Source: a virus
Lineage: Duplodnaviria; Caudoviricetes
Direction: 5' to 3' (one strand)
Length of the DNA stretch: 64,000 nt
IMG/VR virus record: IMGVR_UViG_3300020408_000005
Span: 6,502 to 70,501 of that record
In this document: positions 40,001 to 47,834 of the stretch, piece after piece
Numbering within the stretch: the stretch's first letter is position 1
Layout: each line of letters opens with the position of its first letter
The notes under the pieces: model-generated
The model's input: only the letters and a program-made list of their open reading frames with translations
What the model was told of the DNA's origin: nothing
Database searches by the model: none
Position numbers and translations under genes: made by a program

Positions 40001-43000
40001 CCATATGCACTAACTACATCTTGACCACCAATTACAGAATACTGTTGTAGTAAAGATCCTTTTGTAAAAGATGCTGTCTGATTAAATGATACTGTCTTAA
40101 CAGTGTCTATTGACTGATATACTGCATCACGAATATAGAATTTGGGAATAACAGTTGTACTTAATAGAAGTTTTCTACCAAGAGGAGTTGGAATAGTAGC
40201 AGTTCTACTCTCATAAATTTGATCTGTAGATACAAATGAGTAAGTTCCTTCAACATTATTTGATACAACATCAGCATAATCAAGTATTTGTAGACCCGCA
40301 GGACCTAATGCCCAATCCCCAGAAGTAATCACTTGGGTATTAAACGTAAAGTCGTTCACAGCGGCTGCGACTGTTATCTGCATACCTGCTTCAACAGTGC
40401 TTAGTGTATATGTTCCAGTTTTAGTTTGTTCCCTGTCTAACTTGAAGCAGAATCCTGCTACCTTTTTATTAGAACCAACTGCCTGAGCAGGAGTAAATGT
40501 ATCTGTATATTTTGCAAGACCTGATACAGAAATATTATCTACCCAACCACCAATAGAAGTAGCAACAGCAGGAGATGATTTACCAAATAATAGTATAGAT
40601 TTAAGTTGTGTATCTATAGTTGTACTTGTTACATCAATTTGTTCAACACCATTGATGAATACTTTATAAACGTAAGTACCAACACCAGGAGTTGATTTAA
40701 CAAGAGCAACGTGTATAAATGCTTCGTTATTAAATGTTGACCAGTTAGTTGTGGATGTAGATAGGTAAGTATTAGAACCTAACTTTAAACGAACTTTACC
40801 AAAATCAGCACTTGTAGAATCACCTTCTAATTCTACAACTGCATTATCACCTGTAGTAGGAGTAACATCAAAAATATTTGGTGTAGAACTTTGAGCATTA
40901 TATTGTGCTTGCCCAATAGCAATCCACGCTTCAACTGTATAATTTGTTGCTACATCAGCACCCCAATCCAATGACAGTCTATTTGCAGCAGCACTTATAT
41001 TTGCTGACTGTGCACCATACTTCCATTTAGAAGTATCTAATGTAGGATCTACAGACCATCCTGCTGTTAAATTATTGTCATATGTATCATCTCCAGTTAT
41101 GGTTGATTCAAAGTTTAATATTGCCAATTCATTTGATTCAATCTTATCACCTGCAATTAAAGTATCACCAGAATTATCGTTTGTAATTGTAGTTGGATGG
41201 AAACCAATACCATTATTTTGTTTTAGTGATGAAGCATTTAGTATATTACTTGTATTCCAAGAAACTTTAAATATAATCGCTCTATGATCATTAAAAGCAT
41301 ATTTAACGTATGCACCAACATCAATATTACCAAATATATCAAATTGTACACCAGTTGCTTTAATATCTTCAAATGTTCCACTAGGGGCAAGCATTTTAAC
41401 TACTGAAGGTGTCTTATAATCAGTAGGTGCAAACTTCATATACAAAATACCCACATTCTTGGTATTTGATATTGAATATGCAGTAGCAGTTACATATCTA
41501 GAACCATAATCATCAATAGTAATCTTAGGATTGCTGAATCTATATGAAGTATTGCCAAACTGTCTACTCCACTGAACCTCAATAGTAGCAGTATCATAAA
41601 AAGTTTCACCAATTATTATTTCACCAGTTCCCGCAGGATCATTAACACCAACAAATATAGAAGTATTATTACTTGTAAATTTAAGATCAGTCATTTGTTC
41701 TGACCCTGCTGCTGTACAGATCTTACGTTTTTCTTTAATGGAACCGTCTGTATCTAACAGTGCAATCCACATATCATCTGGATTAGGTGAGTTAGTATCA
41801 GTTGTACCACCAATATAGATCTGACCATCAGAGTCAATAGTAAGAGATGAAATATAATCTCTTCTAGTAGAACCAGATATACCTGCTATTTCACGTTGCC
41901 ATACAGGAACAGCAGTAGGATTATTGAATCCATCAAAACCAGAGGTGTATTTGGCAACAACTAAATCTGGATTGTATGTAAGGTTTACATTATTGGGTAT
42001 TGTTTCACCAACAACGTAGATAGAATGTGGAGATGTATTTTCTAAGTAAATTCTGTTGAACACACAACGTTTGTCACCCGCAGCAGGTTGTAGTGGTGCC
42101 ATTGTTCTTGTCCACAATAATCTACCATCACTATTGAACTTAGCAATTAAACCTGCCGAATCACCATCAAGATCATCTGCTTCACCAACAACATAGAATG
42201 TTCTATCATCAGCAATAGCAATATCTCTAATTTTTACAATTTTTTCAACACCACTTGTATTTTCATTTAATAATGTAAGAGCATAATTTGCTTTTTTATA
42301 TCTTTGTGGATGAGAAACCCTAACTTCTGGAGGTGTTGATGCTGAATACTCAGATCCAGAGTTTATAATATTAACATTATTGACTGCACCAGACTCTTCT
42401 CTAACAAGTTCTAACTTAAAATCTTGACCAGTTCCACTAACAATTTCATAATTAGGTGGTATATCTTCATTGTAACCTAGACCTTGTTGACTTATAGTTA
42501 CTGTCTCAACACCCGATACAACTTTTACTCTATATGTTTTATTAGTTTGATCAATAATAGGAATACTATCAACAATAATTTCATCACCAACTCTTAAATC
42601 GTGCTCATCAGCGGTTGTAATTCTTCCCAATGGAGCATCATTCACCATAGATGATGTATATTGAGTAATATCAATACCTTTTACAGAATCAACTTTAGCA
42701 GATGCACCATATCCGCCAGTATCAGTGTTATCAAAGAATAACTTATCGTTAACTTTATATGATATACCTGGGTTTTCAACTACAAATCCACTAATCTTAG
42801 CATCTTCAAATTTAGTAGTAGTATCAATTTCAATATCAACCTGTGATCTTGTAGAAACTCTAGGGTAGTAATCAAATAATTGTAGTACAGGTTCTTCTGA
42901 GATATAATTTAACTCATCTTGCTCTAACTGTGATATGACACCATCACGGTTTGTATCTTCTATTTCAAATATAAACTCTTCTCCTAGTTCTGTTACAAGA

Positions 43001-46000
43001 GTATCTGTGTCTTGGTTAGGTGTACGATCAATATCAATATCAACATCTTCATATGGATCACGGAATCTAACAACATCAAGAGGAATATTTGTTTGCACAG
43101 CATCTTGACTGTAGTTCCAAGTATCAGGTTGTGAGTATAGTTGTGGACCACATACATATGGAAATACAGGTAAACCTGCTTCTGATGCGTCTATAGAAAC
43201 AAAGTAAGCGTAAGTACCTTCAGGATATTCAGGTGTTTTACAAAAACGTCCATTGTATTGGTCTAAATCACCTGCTTGGAAAACATACTCATAGTCTTCT
43301 ATGTAAGTTCCTGCGGGTTTGTCTGATAGTAAAGGTCCATCAACACGAACTGGATTTGGGTTAGTGGCAGAATCAAATAATAATATTGGTTTGATTCTGT
43401 AAGATGATACACATCTCTTAATACCAGATGATTGATCAGCAGCATCAATATAACCATATGGTCCGTATATTGGGTTTCCATCAAATGCCCAACCAATAAT
43501 AGGAGAATGTCTTAATCCAGATGATAGTTCTCTAAGAAGACCTGTTGAAGGATCTTTAAATACGTTATCACCAAGAACATAACGTAATTGTTTGGGATCT
43601 GATAGGTGAGCATATTCACCACCATATTGTGTATTATATCCTGCAAAAACATAACCACGAGCAGGGTCTACTAATCCTGATAGTTCAGTTTCTAAGTTTT
43701 GTGTCCACTCAAATACGTTTGCAGTAAATGATGCACCTTGACCTATAGATTCGCAACGAATAGTTGTAAGACCTGTTGTATATCCTATACCTCTGTTTTC
43801 TACAGATATACTTAATACTTTACCTTTATCTTCACCAAATGTTCCAATAGTTGCTTTTGCAACAGCACCATATCCATCTCCATTAATAATAATTTTAGGT
43901 GGAGAAGTATATCCATTACCAGATGCAATAATAGCAATAGAAACTATACGACCATTAATTATAATTGGTTGTGCAACTGCACCTTCACCAGAATTTAATT
44001 TAATATTTGGAGAAGATGTATAACTTGATCCTGCTGTATCTACGCTAATAGATTGAATAGGACCTCTTACCTCGGCAGTAGCAGTAGCACCTGTTCCATT
44101 GCCTCCTGAGATGCTTACAGTGGGTGCTGAGGTATATCCTTGACCAGGTGTCTCAACAAGTACTTTACTTACAACTCCGTTTGTAATAACAGCAGTCGCA
44201 GTAGCACCAAATCCACCTCCACCAACAATAGAAACTAAAGGAGATGCTGTATATCCAGAACCACCTGCTGTAACATCAACACTGAAGAGTGATCCATCTA
44301 CAATAACACTAGCAGAAGCACCTGATCCACCACCACCAGATATTTCAATAAGTGGTTTAGATGCAGCGTCATATCCTGTACCAGAATTTACAATATCAAC
44401 ACTTGTTATTCCACCAAACTTAGTCTTAGTTTGAGACTTATAAGACCAAACAGAAACACCATTTACCCAAGCACCAATAGGACCAAATGATAAATCATCA
44501 CGTCGTGATACAGTCTCTACAATTCTAGGAAATCTACTTAGTTTTCTTTGGTTTCCTGGGAGTAAAGCAGACCCAATGAACGGACCAACTTGATAGTTTG
44601 GAATACCTGTTGTAGCAACATAAGAGTAATTTGCGTTGAAGAACGTATTTTGTACATTGGTTGTAAACTGATTAATTGAGTTATTAATTGCTTCTTCTGT
44701 TGATTTACCTTTATTAAGGTCAACAGACATCAAGATATTACCTTGAGGTGCATTAGGTGCAGGGGCAGCAATCTGATATGAGAAAACAGTGTTACTTATA
44801 CGAGATGTTACAGCAAATGTACCGTTAAAGATTGTTGGGTTTGCACCGTATATTGTTACAGAGTCACCAACAAGAAGACCGTGGTTATTTGTAGTATATA
44901 CAGTTGCAGTTTGATTGTTAAGTCCACCTGGTTCAATATTTGTTACAGAGATTAATTTCTTAACATTATACAACCAAGATGTAATTCTTTGATCTGTAGA
45001 TGAAGATCCAAGAGATGCAACATTTAATTTATCACTAGGAAGATAATATGAACCAGTATCGGTAAGAACTGTTCCTGTTGCTTCAGCAATACCAAGAACA
45101 CGTAATTTTACTTCAGTATCTTGTCCTCTATTGATATAACAGAAAATATCAGAGTATATTGTTGTACCTGCATCCCAATCTTCTACAACACCGTTTTTAG
45201 AACGTGTACACTCAATAAACTGGTTTAATGATTTTTCTTTGTATTGTATTCTTTCGTTATCACCCATAATGATGATACCGTTCCTTTCTGGCCACCCAAT
45301 AGTAGAGTCAACAGTAATAATAGACTCGGTTTCTGTTAAAGGTTCTACAAGTGTTGTTTTATAAGGTATTGTAAATTTTCCTTCTAAAGTTTCTTCAGAT
45401 ATTGACAATTCATAGATTGTTCCAACACCAGTATTGATAGCAATAACGTTTTCAACCAAACAAACCGCATTTCCAACACTTGTATCTACATCATCTGCAT
45501 ATTGGAATAATTGAGAGTCTAATATATCAACAGGACTTCCACTTATCAATTCTACACGAATAATTGTATCAACAGACCAAGTTGCAGCAGATGGTTTAAT
45601 TAATTCATCTTTTGGATATGAAACATCAACATTTTCTGAAAATAAGACTTTAAATAAGTACTCTGTGGCAGTTTTTGTACCTTTAGACACATAGAAGTCT
45701 TTTATTGTCTTAATAATCTGTGGAGCATTGATTTTAGTGTAATCAATATCTGCATCAGGTAAGAACTGGTTTACAAAACGTTCATATAGTGTTCTAGAGA
45801 ATAAGGCATCAAGATTCTCAATAGTGCTTCCAATTTCGTGAGATGATTGAATACTTTGTGCTTCATTTGTAAATACTTGATTTCCCCTAATATCATATGA
45901 AGAAACACCTGATACACCTCTCTTACAATTTACAAATTGAGATGGTTGATACTCTGAACCGTGTGAGTGTACTGTAAAACCTGTAACTTCTTGGAATCCA

Positions 46001-47814
46001 ACATCACAAGACGCTGCTGCTGCTTTTGGACTTGCAATAAAGACTTGTGGTGGTTCATCTTCAGAATATCCGTCACCAAAACTTGTTATATTAATATCAG
46101 TAATTTCACCATTGAATATAGTTGCTACAGCAGTTGCACCAGTACCACCAATAGGATTACCTGATAAATCTTTTCTATTATCAACAATATAGACAGATGG
46201 TGCATCATTGTAACCACTTCCACCAGTTAATAGTTGTATATCAGTAAGTTTAGTCCCTGTTACCTTAACGTCTAATATTTGAGCACCCACAGGATCAATA
46301 ATACGACATCTAGGAGGAGTTACATATCCTCTACCAGGAGAAATCATTTCAATCCTGTCTACTCTACTCTGATCATCTAAAATTGCTACAGCAGATGCTC
46401 TAATACCAATAGGATCAGCAGGTTCATCAATATAAACTATTGGTGGTGTAGCGTAGTTAAGACCTCTTGTTAATACTGTAATAGATCCATCAACTACCTT
46501 ACCATTATCATTTAGATCTATTTGTGCGTCAGAAATAGTTGCACCACCAGGATTTGTAAAACTTATGGATGGAATAGAATCATATCCAGAACCTGATGAT
46601 TGAACGTTGATTGCTGTAACTTGACCACTAGCATCATCAACAGTTACAGTTGCTTTTGCTATAGAACCAGAAGGATCGGCAGGTGTATCAAATACAACTA
46701 TTGGTGGGTTTGCAGATGTATAACCTTGACCACCATCAATTAGTTGTACATTTTTTATACCGTTTATAAGTGCTTGAGCAGTTGCTTCTTTACCAGAAAC
46801 ACCTACAGGAGTTAATACAGTTACTTTTGGTGTAAAATTAATTCTATATCCACTACCACCATCTTTTACTATTAAATCTGTAACTTTATTATCATTGACT
46901 CTTGCAATAGCAGAAGCACCTTTACCAAATTGAGGTGCAATAAGTTCTACAGATCTAATTGTGACTTTATCACCGTCAGAAACTGCTTCTTTAAGTATTA
47001 AGTGATCGTTATATACTGTAAAATCTGTAAATGCAGTTTTAACTACACCGTTTACTGCAATCAAACAAGAAATTGTAGATAATGGAGAGTATGGAGCAGT
47101 ATTTCTTCTTAAAGGTAATATTTTTGCACCATCAAGAGACAAATCTATATTAAGTGTGTCTAAAACTCTAACAGGAACACTTGTATAACCTATAAGATAC
47201 TCAATTTTAGTTATTTGAGTAGATCCAAGAGTATTTGTGGGTGGAGTCTGGAATCTAATATTTGACCCATCAAGAAAATAGTCAATATTAGGTTCTAACT
47301 GCAAACCATTTACTATAACACGTAAATATTCGACAGAGTTTGGTGTTATTGGTGTTCCAAGTAATTTTAATTCAAAACTTGTTTTTACACCATCAAACTG
47401 TGTTCTTATATTTTCTAATTCTTGTATTTTTTTATCAAATTCTACTTGGTTGACACCTGGAGTGAATACAACCTCTGGAGATTTTGTTGTTTCTTCATAA
47501 AATATAATTTCATTATCAATCTTGATAGTTCCGTCTTTCTCAAGAAAATTATCAACGGTCTCTACAGTAATATTTTGATCAGCAGCACCAACACGATCTA
47601 ATACAACAGATTCAGATGAAATAAAGTTAGGATTATATTCTTCACTCGAAATATCTGTATAACTCAGTATATTGTTTAATATATCATACGGTTTACCACT
47701 TTTCTCCTGTGACTTGTAGTATTGTACTAACAAGTCTACAAAAGACTGATCCTCTTCTTTTATAAACGCAGGGATCTGGTCCTGTAACCGTTGGGATACC
47801 TTAACTGACTTCAT
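28003..47814 (-). CDS. gp7: Giant baseplate wedge initiator gp7-like multidomain protein (6603 aa)
   Basis: Follows gp6; N-terminus QIPAFIKEE...FVDLLVQYYKSQE; IKTIKDFYVSKGT...YLFKVLF; KIQDSYFYQNFSYVIKS...W...HPVG; accessory LamG, propeller, CBM-like, cupredoxin, Ig and globin-like segments. Confidence 0.82.
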   Translation of the reverse strand: MKSVKVSQRLQDQIPAFIKEEDQSFVDLLVQYYKSQEKSGKPYDILNNILSYTDISSEEYNPNFISSESVVLDRVGAADQNITVETVDNFLEKDGTIKIDNEIIFYEETTKSPEVVFTPGVNQVEFDKKIQELENIRTQFDGVKTSFELKLLGTPITPNSVEYLRVIVNGLQLEPNIDYFLDGSNIRFQTPPTNTLGSTQITKIEYLIGYTSVPVRVLDTLNIDLSLDGAKILPLRRNTAPYSPLSTISCLIAVNGVVKTAFTDFTVYNDHLILKEAVSDGDKVTIRSVELIAPQFGKGASAIARVNDNKVTDLIVKDGGSGYRINFTPKVTVLTPVGVSGKEATAQALINGIKNVQLIDGGQGYTSANPPIVVFDTPADPSGSIAKATVTVDDASGQVTAINVQSSGSGYDSIPSISFTNPGGATISDAQIDLNDNGKVVDGSITVLTRGLNYATPPIVYIDEPADPIGIRASAVAILDDQSRVDRIEMISPGRGYVTPPRCRIIDPVGAQILDVKVTGTKLTDIQLLTGGSGYNDAPSVYIVDNRKDLSGNPIGGTGATAVATIFNGEITDINITSFGDGYSEDEPPQVFIASPKAAAASCDVGFQEVTGFTVHSHGSEYQPSQFVNCKRGVSGVSSYDIRGNQVFTNEAQSIQSSHEIGSTIENLDALFSRTLYERFVNQFLPDADIDYTKINAPQIIKTIKDFYVSKGTKTATEYLFKVLFSENVDVSYPKDELIKPSAATWSVDTIIRVELISGSPVDILDSQLFQYADDVDTSVGNAVCLVENVIAINTGVGTIYELSISEETLEGKFTIPYKTTLVEPLTETESIITVDSTIGWPERNGIIIMGDNERIQYKEKSLNQFIECTRSKNGVVEDWDAGTTIYSDIFCYINRGQDTEVKLRVLGIAEATGTVLTDTGSYYLPSDKLNVASLGSSSTDQRITSWLYNVKKLISVTNIEPGGLNNQTATVYTTNNHGLLVGDSVTIYGANPTIFNGTFAVTSRISNTVFSYQIAAPAPNAPQGNILMSVDLNKGKSTEEAINNSINQFTTNVQNTFFNANYSYVATTGIPNYQVGPFIGSALLPGNQRKLSRFPRIVETVSRRDDLSFGPIGAWVNGVSVWSYKSQTKTKFGGITSVDIVNSGTGYDAASKPLIEISGGGGSGASASVIVDGSLFSVDVTAGGSGYTASPLVSIVGGGGFGATATAVITNGVVSKVLVETPGQGYTSAPTVSISGGNGTGATATAEVRGPIQSISVDTAGSSYTSSPNIKLNSGEGAVAQPIIINGRIVSIAIIASGNGYTSPPKIIINGDGYGAVAKATIGTFGEDKGKVLSISVENRGIGYTTGLTTIRCESIGQGASFTANVFEWTQNLETELSGLVDPARGYVFAGYNTQYGGEYAHLSDPKQLRYVLGDNVFKDPSTGLLRELSSGLRHSPIIGWAFDGNPIYGPYGYIDAADQSSGIKRCVSSYRIKPILLFDSATNPNPVRVDGPLLSDKPAGTYIEDYEYVFQAGDLDQYNGRFCKTPEYPEGTYAYFVSIDASEAGLPVFPYVCGPQLYSQPDTWNYSQDAVQTNIPLDVVRFRDPYEDVDIDIDRTPNQDTDTLVTELGEEFIFEIEDTNRDGVISQLEQDELNYISEEPVLQLFDYYPRVSTRSQVDIEIDTTTKFEDAKISGFVVENPGISYKVNDKLFFDNTDTGGYGASAKVDSVKGIDITQYTSSMVNDAPLGRITTADEHDLRVGDEIIVDSIPIIDQTNKTYRVKVVSGVETVTISQQGLGYNEDIPPNYEIVSGTGQDFKLELVREESGAVNNVNIINSGSEYSASTPPEVRVSHPQRYKKANYALTLLNENTSGVEKIVKIRDIAIADDRTFYVVGEADDLDGDSAGLIAKFNSDGRLLWTRTMAPLQPAAGDKRCVFNRIYLENTSPHSIYVVGETIPNNVNLTYNPDLVVAKYTSGFDGFNNPTAVPVWQREIAGISGSTRRDYISSLTIDSDGQIYIGGTTDTNSPNPDDMWIALLDTDGSIKEKRKICTAAGSEQMTDLKFTSNNTSIFVGVNDPAGTGEIIIGETFYDTATIEVQWSRQFGNTSYRFSNPKITIDDYGSRYVTATAYSISNTKNVGILYMKFAPTDYKTPSVVKMLAPSGTFEDIKATGVQFDIFGNIDVGAYVKYAFNDHRAIIFKVSWNTSNILNASSLKQNNGIGFHPTTITNDNSGDTLIAGDKIESNELAILNFESTITGDDTYDNNLTAGWSVDPTLDTSKWKYGAQSANISAAANRLSLDWGADVATNYTVEAWIAIGQAQYNAQSSTPNIFDVTPTTGDNAVVELEGDSTSADFGKVRLKLGSNTYLSTSTTNWSTFNNEAFIHVALVKSTPGVGTYVYKVFINGVEQIDVTSTTIDTQLKSILLFGKSSPAVATSIGGWVDNISVSGLAKYTDTFTPAQAVGSNKKVAGFCFKLDREQTKTGTYTLSTVEAGMQITVAAAVNDFTFNTQVITSGDWALGPAGLQILDYADVVSNNVEGTYSFVSTDQIYESRTATIPTPLGRKLLLSTTVIPKFYIRDAVYQSIDTVKTVSFNQTASFTKGSLLQQYSVIGGQDVVSAYGTIVNVGTDSVDIGNIIGTFDTTKLLKSSANDRNTIAQTFLVETTIPQWVTNNPYTVGDEVYNDGKIYTSGTTAVSGVTAPVHTVGTVTDGNINWVYTRDAGSFDVDLANTPFSTGNLGQFATWQPFVAEDYIIKIEAVYSDSNFIKGDTLDAQAVGLSATFDATGKIITIAGLVGVKKFHLTSNLAKDVIPSGPLTFTDLVFCVSNSKHNFSANEIIFVEGFTTTEYGGSFFIEEVLDTRTFTYRLRSTAVQDPTFASSSVSNVNIYAKHPELLFVRGHQYIFDLDDPSNFGYYMSFSKDNQYKLEYPFVNIVREGIPGLTDQTSPKPLVKFIVDEDVTNISYYFDPSRTLPSNSPVGPVSFIDVIQTPYKGTFRINNIVSDTEFTFPLLVEPEKTNAPLGVTETGVSRASYSTTSTKAIGPISNIKLVNPGGFYQKLPIVTDIASNREIEKIRIISGGTEYINGIYYNVVIDGDGEGGLCNITVSDDGELTGVITAVELTSPGKGYTTASIDIDKIPGILGSLLQGSGGDLQVVIPNEGSGASVFLQGTSIGKIKKLKNNEFGFGYSHDYTLRPEITFPVNLQLFNTALLSEIKITNPGSGYTSVPRVVIEGGGGTGAEAEAIIKNNRLSEVLIKNPGSGYSSEPTVTLKSEFNYVVNLDLGYLQFNFPHGITTGAAIQLRAEDLGSTVGILPKPSSAGLVSLSSTTTYYAIAGEANSLEADQLRIALTQVDAESGNFITFLTQGDGRQILLTEVFGGLATAIVETSRFLRGELVYQGLSLETATAIGYVSENEGWQIGPRILKLENYTGTWTTGERVTAQVSRASGLIDNLSIARGTLNIDSMTTTTGQFIDDVGKPSEIVQKIQDSYFYQNFSYVIKSQTPINDWRKSILETNHPVGFNMFGELALAAGKDISGRKVVSDLVKEVNIFSATNINQITSFANSQPIYTEFNNTEVLFRQRRLTNSEEILTSIVKKLDNIETDFNGIKTQFALTVEGESVTATDDQLLILINGVAQSPGTAFTTSGPSVVFSEPPKAPSRIKFRNLTFSQINITRFTFSTTSGIFPTTGKTVRSLQNEGTATVIDTGVDYIDIIDQNGSFQINDNVLASSTGFDGVLSAVNGITSKTIYEQGERITNLQGDFAIIEENNLRDGVVDANLVVSRTSGTAAFETGEFNIRFNDTIYSAASKIAARVTVIAPYTDDVSQQIIDTVDLSPPSSFFGLIFQRVPSITYPNTILDNISETVINPEELYEAGTANNQDFLDFEEVRNQEIRYNYLSGSQFAAGDSIRNKQIYYDNASLVGVDDQRSFDAAVLIRKNDRFIAEEAVGLMKAFYPSFTVPSLGGDRDCEDDIVDILNIVAYQLEVDGNSEIWDAANTYVQGNAIYHVDGEVAQTIYAFNKARDLAIQCIRNEVINTNTTNLPQYRDPTITAEFAVISNSHGDARDLILANKWFIAYEALHYAKTQNPGYNVSGGDVHCLSDIVDVLEAMVYNLAHGGNNFVYKATKKTLQYGVTSGDRDTIVNAFTKARDIAIEVMRNNTWTKAGSHNWNQVKDLTITADPANPTCQAVASAITTLMNILITNLGSTASPGTVAAFEAAVTETAPSAAYAGYTNSCVNQANAITSFMRIITDTLEDPTGGDPATYQWSITNVPRVLPPYAFVDGETLRCAKHAYQDKSSGGQFGFGDTIRAITSGATYDVIGSNAGNKWIFSKQISGVLQAGELITNSKLTYANVSQDKLTFKTDTGSLRFTGSGSYVTFPSSNAVLFGDGADAANGDYTMELWIRPASVTGVQRLIDLRESSSDAKLGILMSGQSLRLSIGASDVITASSAITTINTWYHIAVSRSTSVTKLYVNGSEVGTYTDTNNYNANSKITVGAGWNNGNPFNGWIDNLVIYKGISQYNSSFTPPIIFNDSTNVSFALLGEAPFPMEKSAVYATYVNHIISTANADEVELWRSELTTEGVDLSREEYRLCADIIKKNIDYIAEEAVGRLKYRYPDFVIPGDGGMSGYGSNVCLRDTKSYIIPAIIDDLISGGNFQTTIVGRAYIEGSGALQHIGGEQLQSIYTWREVAKLCIDVITLDETNLEGTYSTKVRVPNYFSSPASQTIQDDIMTLVDDLLDVIGPTGHRFRDGADLIYFNRKAIADESVFYIENKYQIQVGFSTVNKLTIPNRAKCVRDIRDHILPAIAGDLVTGGNFETQAMIDSYLDNETNINYIEDELLAMIDAIEYAKKLAQKAIQGLLIGRNENPAQVALDFSDYYQMLYTDEPVYRDETITIDPKAYTGSDRDLDAANLLVQNAKTIAGEAVDILTKTSFAQSKGFRVPGGKVNCEDDIVDIIESIAHDLRFGGNSESYDAAALYLNSDLGLSHVTAQSDETTYAFKLARDMCILAIRNRLGFTPYEDEGVTGGLGQAAPRDDYYENATTNGYYDAANEIENNIRFIATTAVGRGMSQYPGLAFSGGYDYQSCVDDVVDLLEALVFNLKHGGNNRMWYSSEFYITVGNAIQHISNQAAEVKYIFQEARDIATQVMRQEIITTNGVTEGNAVYDGTITVDQSSGNTTITPTNVEYFPTSGNLRITSNGHTFTTNDSIRIKTNSLVFTCTMDGGATNHSYPRITDPAANANLPITATTTNTFTVFVGTTTAGNYAHSFVSAQANAVSVYTGGAQTRCVNEAASIASLMGIPINLFDSSNTSNPTAYLTGITRTLPLEWPLTGERAIRRDITITYDSAGNGNCTTQSSAINTLWEILINTITTAAAGNGSHLATITRTAPVTTNTVYKGGTCYDVTSAAHVLFKILLHGLGSGTEMYKQSARLLMYNDTYTRLESYESTLSQYPGYAGDASFAEPIQKAIVYDFITNGNARTLQLINSWFDADGNFVAYPNLFRTRLLYHARMIRDLMDHILKGTAPEPGTFANQPLYTIDGTNPDRELRPTATACHKLYQLFHLILVALQYSEFPTTYLRTQFDAGVAVSNGVINVANNFEPYDRVEYIVLGSNIAELDGSVYYIHPNSTPTQIVLTEYIDGEPIVLTPGTPSQLHTLVVSVDPGVDRVPTTFGTRDVPTPIKAGFNLADVIYGGTSGATAQIVRMEDNLADVMYQAKYMTCNTFSAQGGGTGIKIQNGEMVVVQGATSNTGKVLATDNETYIKLIDYNGTFTAGDIIEGVTSGGTCTYVGEHDRILVNFRQGEFIATDKFFSKDTGSKATALIVRNNNGALIDNQSGRITYDISTVTGEFKPQDVIYGSVTDQIIEIESFVTLPNFGEYVHGRQITRLTYTALITDTGVSDTFNVGDVLQIQSGGISIGWTVTVTEIDTNTNYVFVANETGTPEGVTISDIASNTQYQLAKVPVGTLFPSVYTTIGAVTITDTTAYGKIAKITQFGTRAVLHLEGTQGTFQKNSQIIGDNGFRGACSSARSLRGRVRRFFRGFDGVQKAFKLTQGNGTQYFPDPAGHMMIFVNGILQPPGADYAFTAFSDNIQFTEAPAIGSTFHGVYKGKLRQLDDISFDFDSLRNSFNLKLNGVFYSLTLTDGVQSNTILPENNIICQLNGVIQEPGIGFEIVGSRIIFSEVPRAGSTFVAFSYVGSDVDVIAATVVPPIEAGDELRIDGEEETRTVALIESSNSLITFEYGGAVKGRNASALAEIEKGRITNAILTNSGDGYSTRPQVDVISSTGFGGRIKALVGVARIDVKNAGQGYTLPAITANTTVADDFLGPTGPALNGGIDIYDPNFIPETGGTGVIENFITITEAPRNITVNQGQTAIFQVAATVTISNVVAYSVLVDSKSVNHPYYNQGSGKGYYLTGGQFTQNTEAPTLTFVRGATYQFNQNDASNTTHAIYFSENADAYGGTERYETGVVYRLNGNQVADYATYAAGFAAATTRSVSITVASDAPATLNYVCGNHPYMGSAVNVNNGTLSYQWQKKDYGTNSWNNISGATSATYETPGTTQADTNDEYRVGITSNGAIPVLSTAAVLTVNIGATTVDNFTPTQIFDDD
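31120..36080 (-). repeat. Six plus one degenerate phycobiliprotein-like helical repeats within gp7
   Basis: Consensus DAxxLIxxNxxFIAxEAV...YP...GG...C-x-x-D-I...(D/N)LxxGGN...AFxxARD; Cys codons near 35951, 35561, 33944, 33464, 32999 and 32585. Confidence 0.75.
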
Positions 47815-47834
47815 CTCTTATTATTCTTGGTGCT

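Noticed and set aside
28003-47814. Intein or intron explaining the size of gp7
   Set aside because: No intein splice motifs or LAGLIDADG blocks were recognised, and the frame is continuous.
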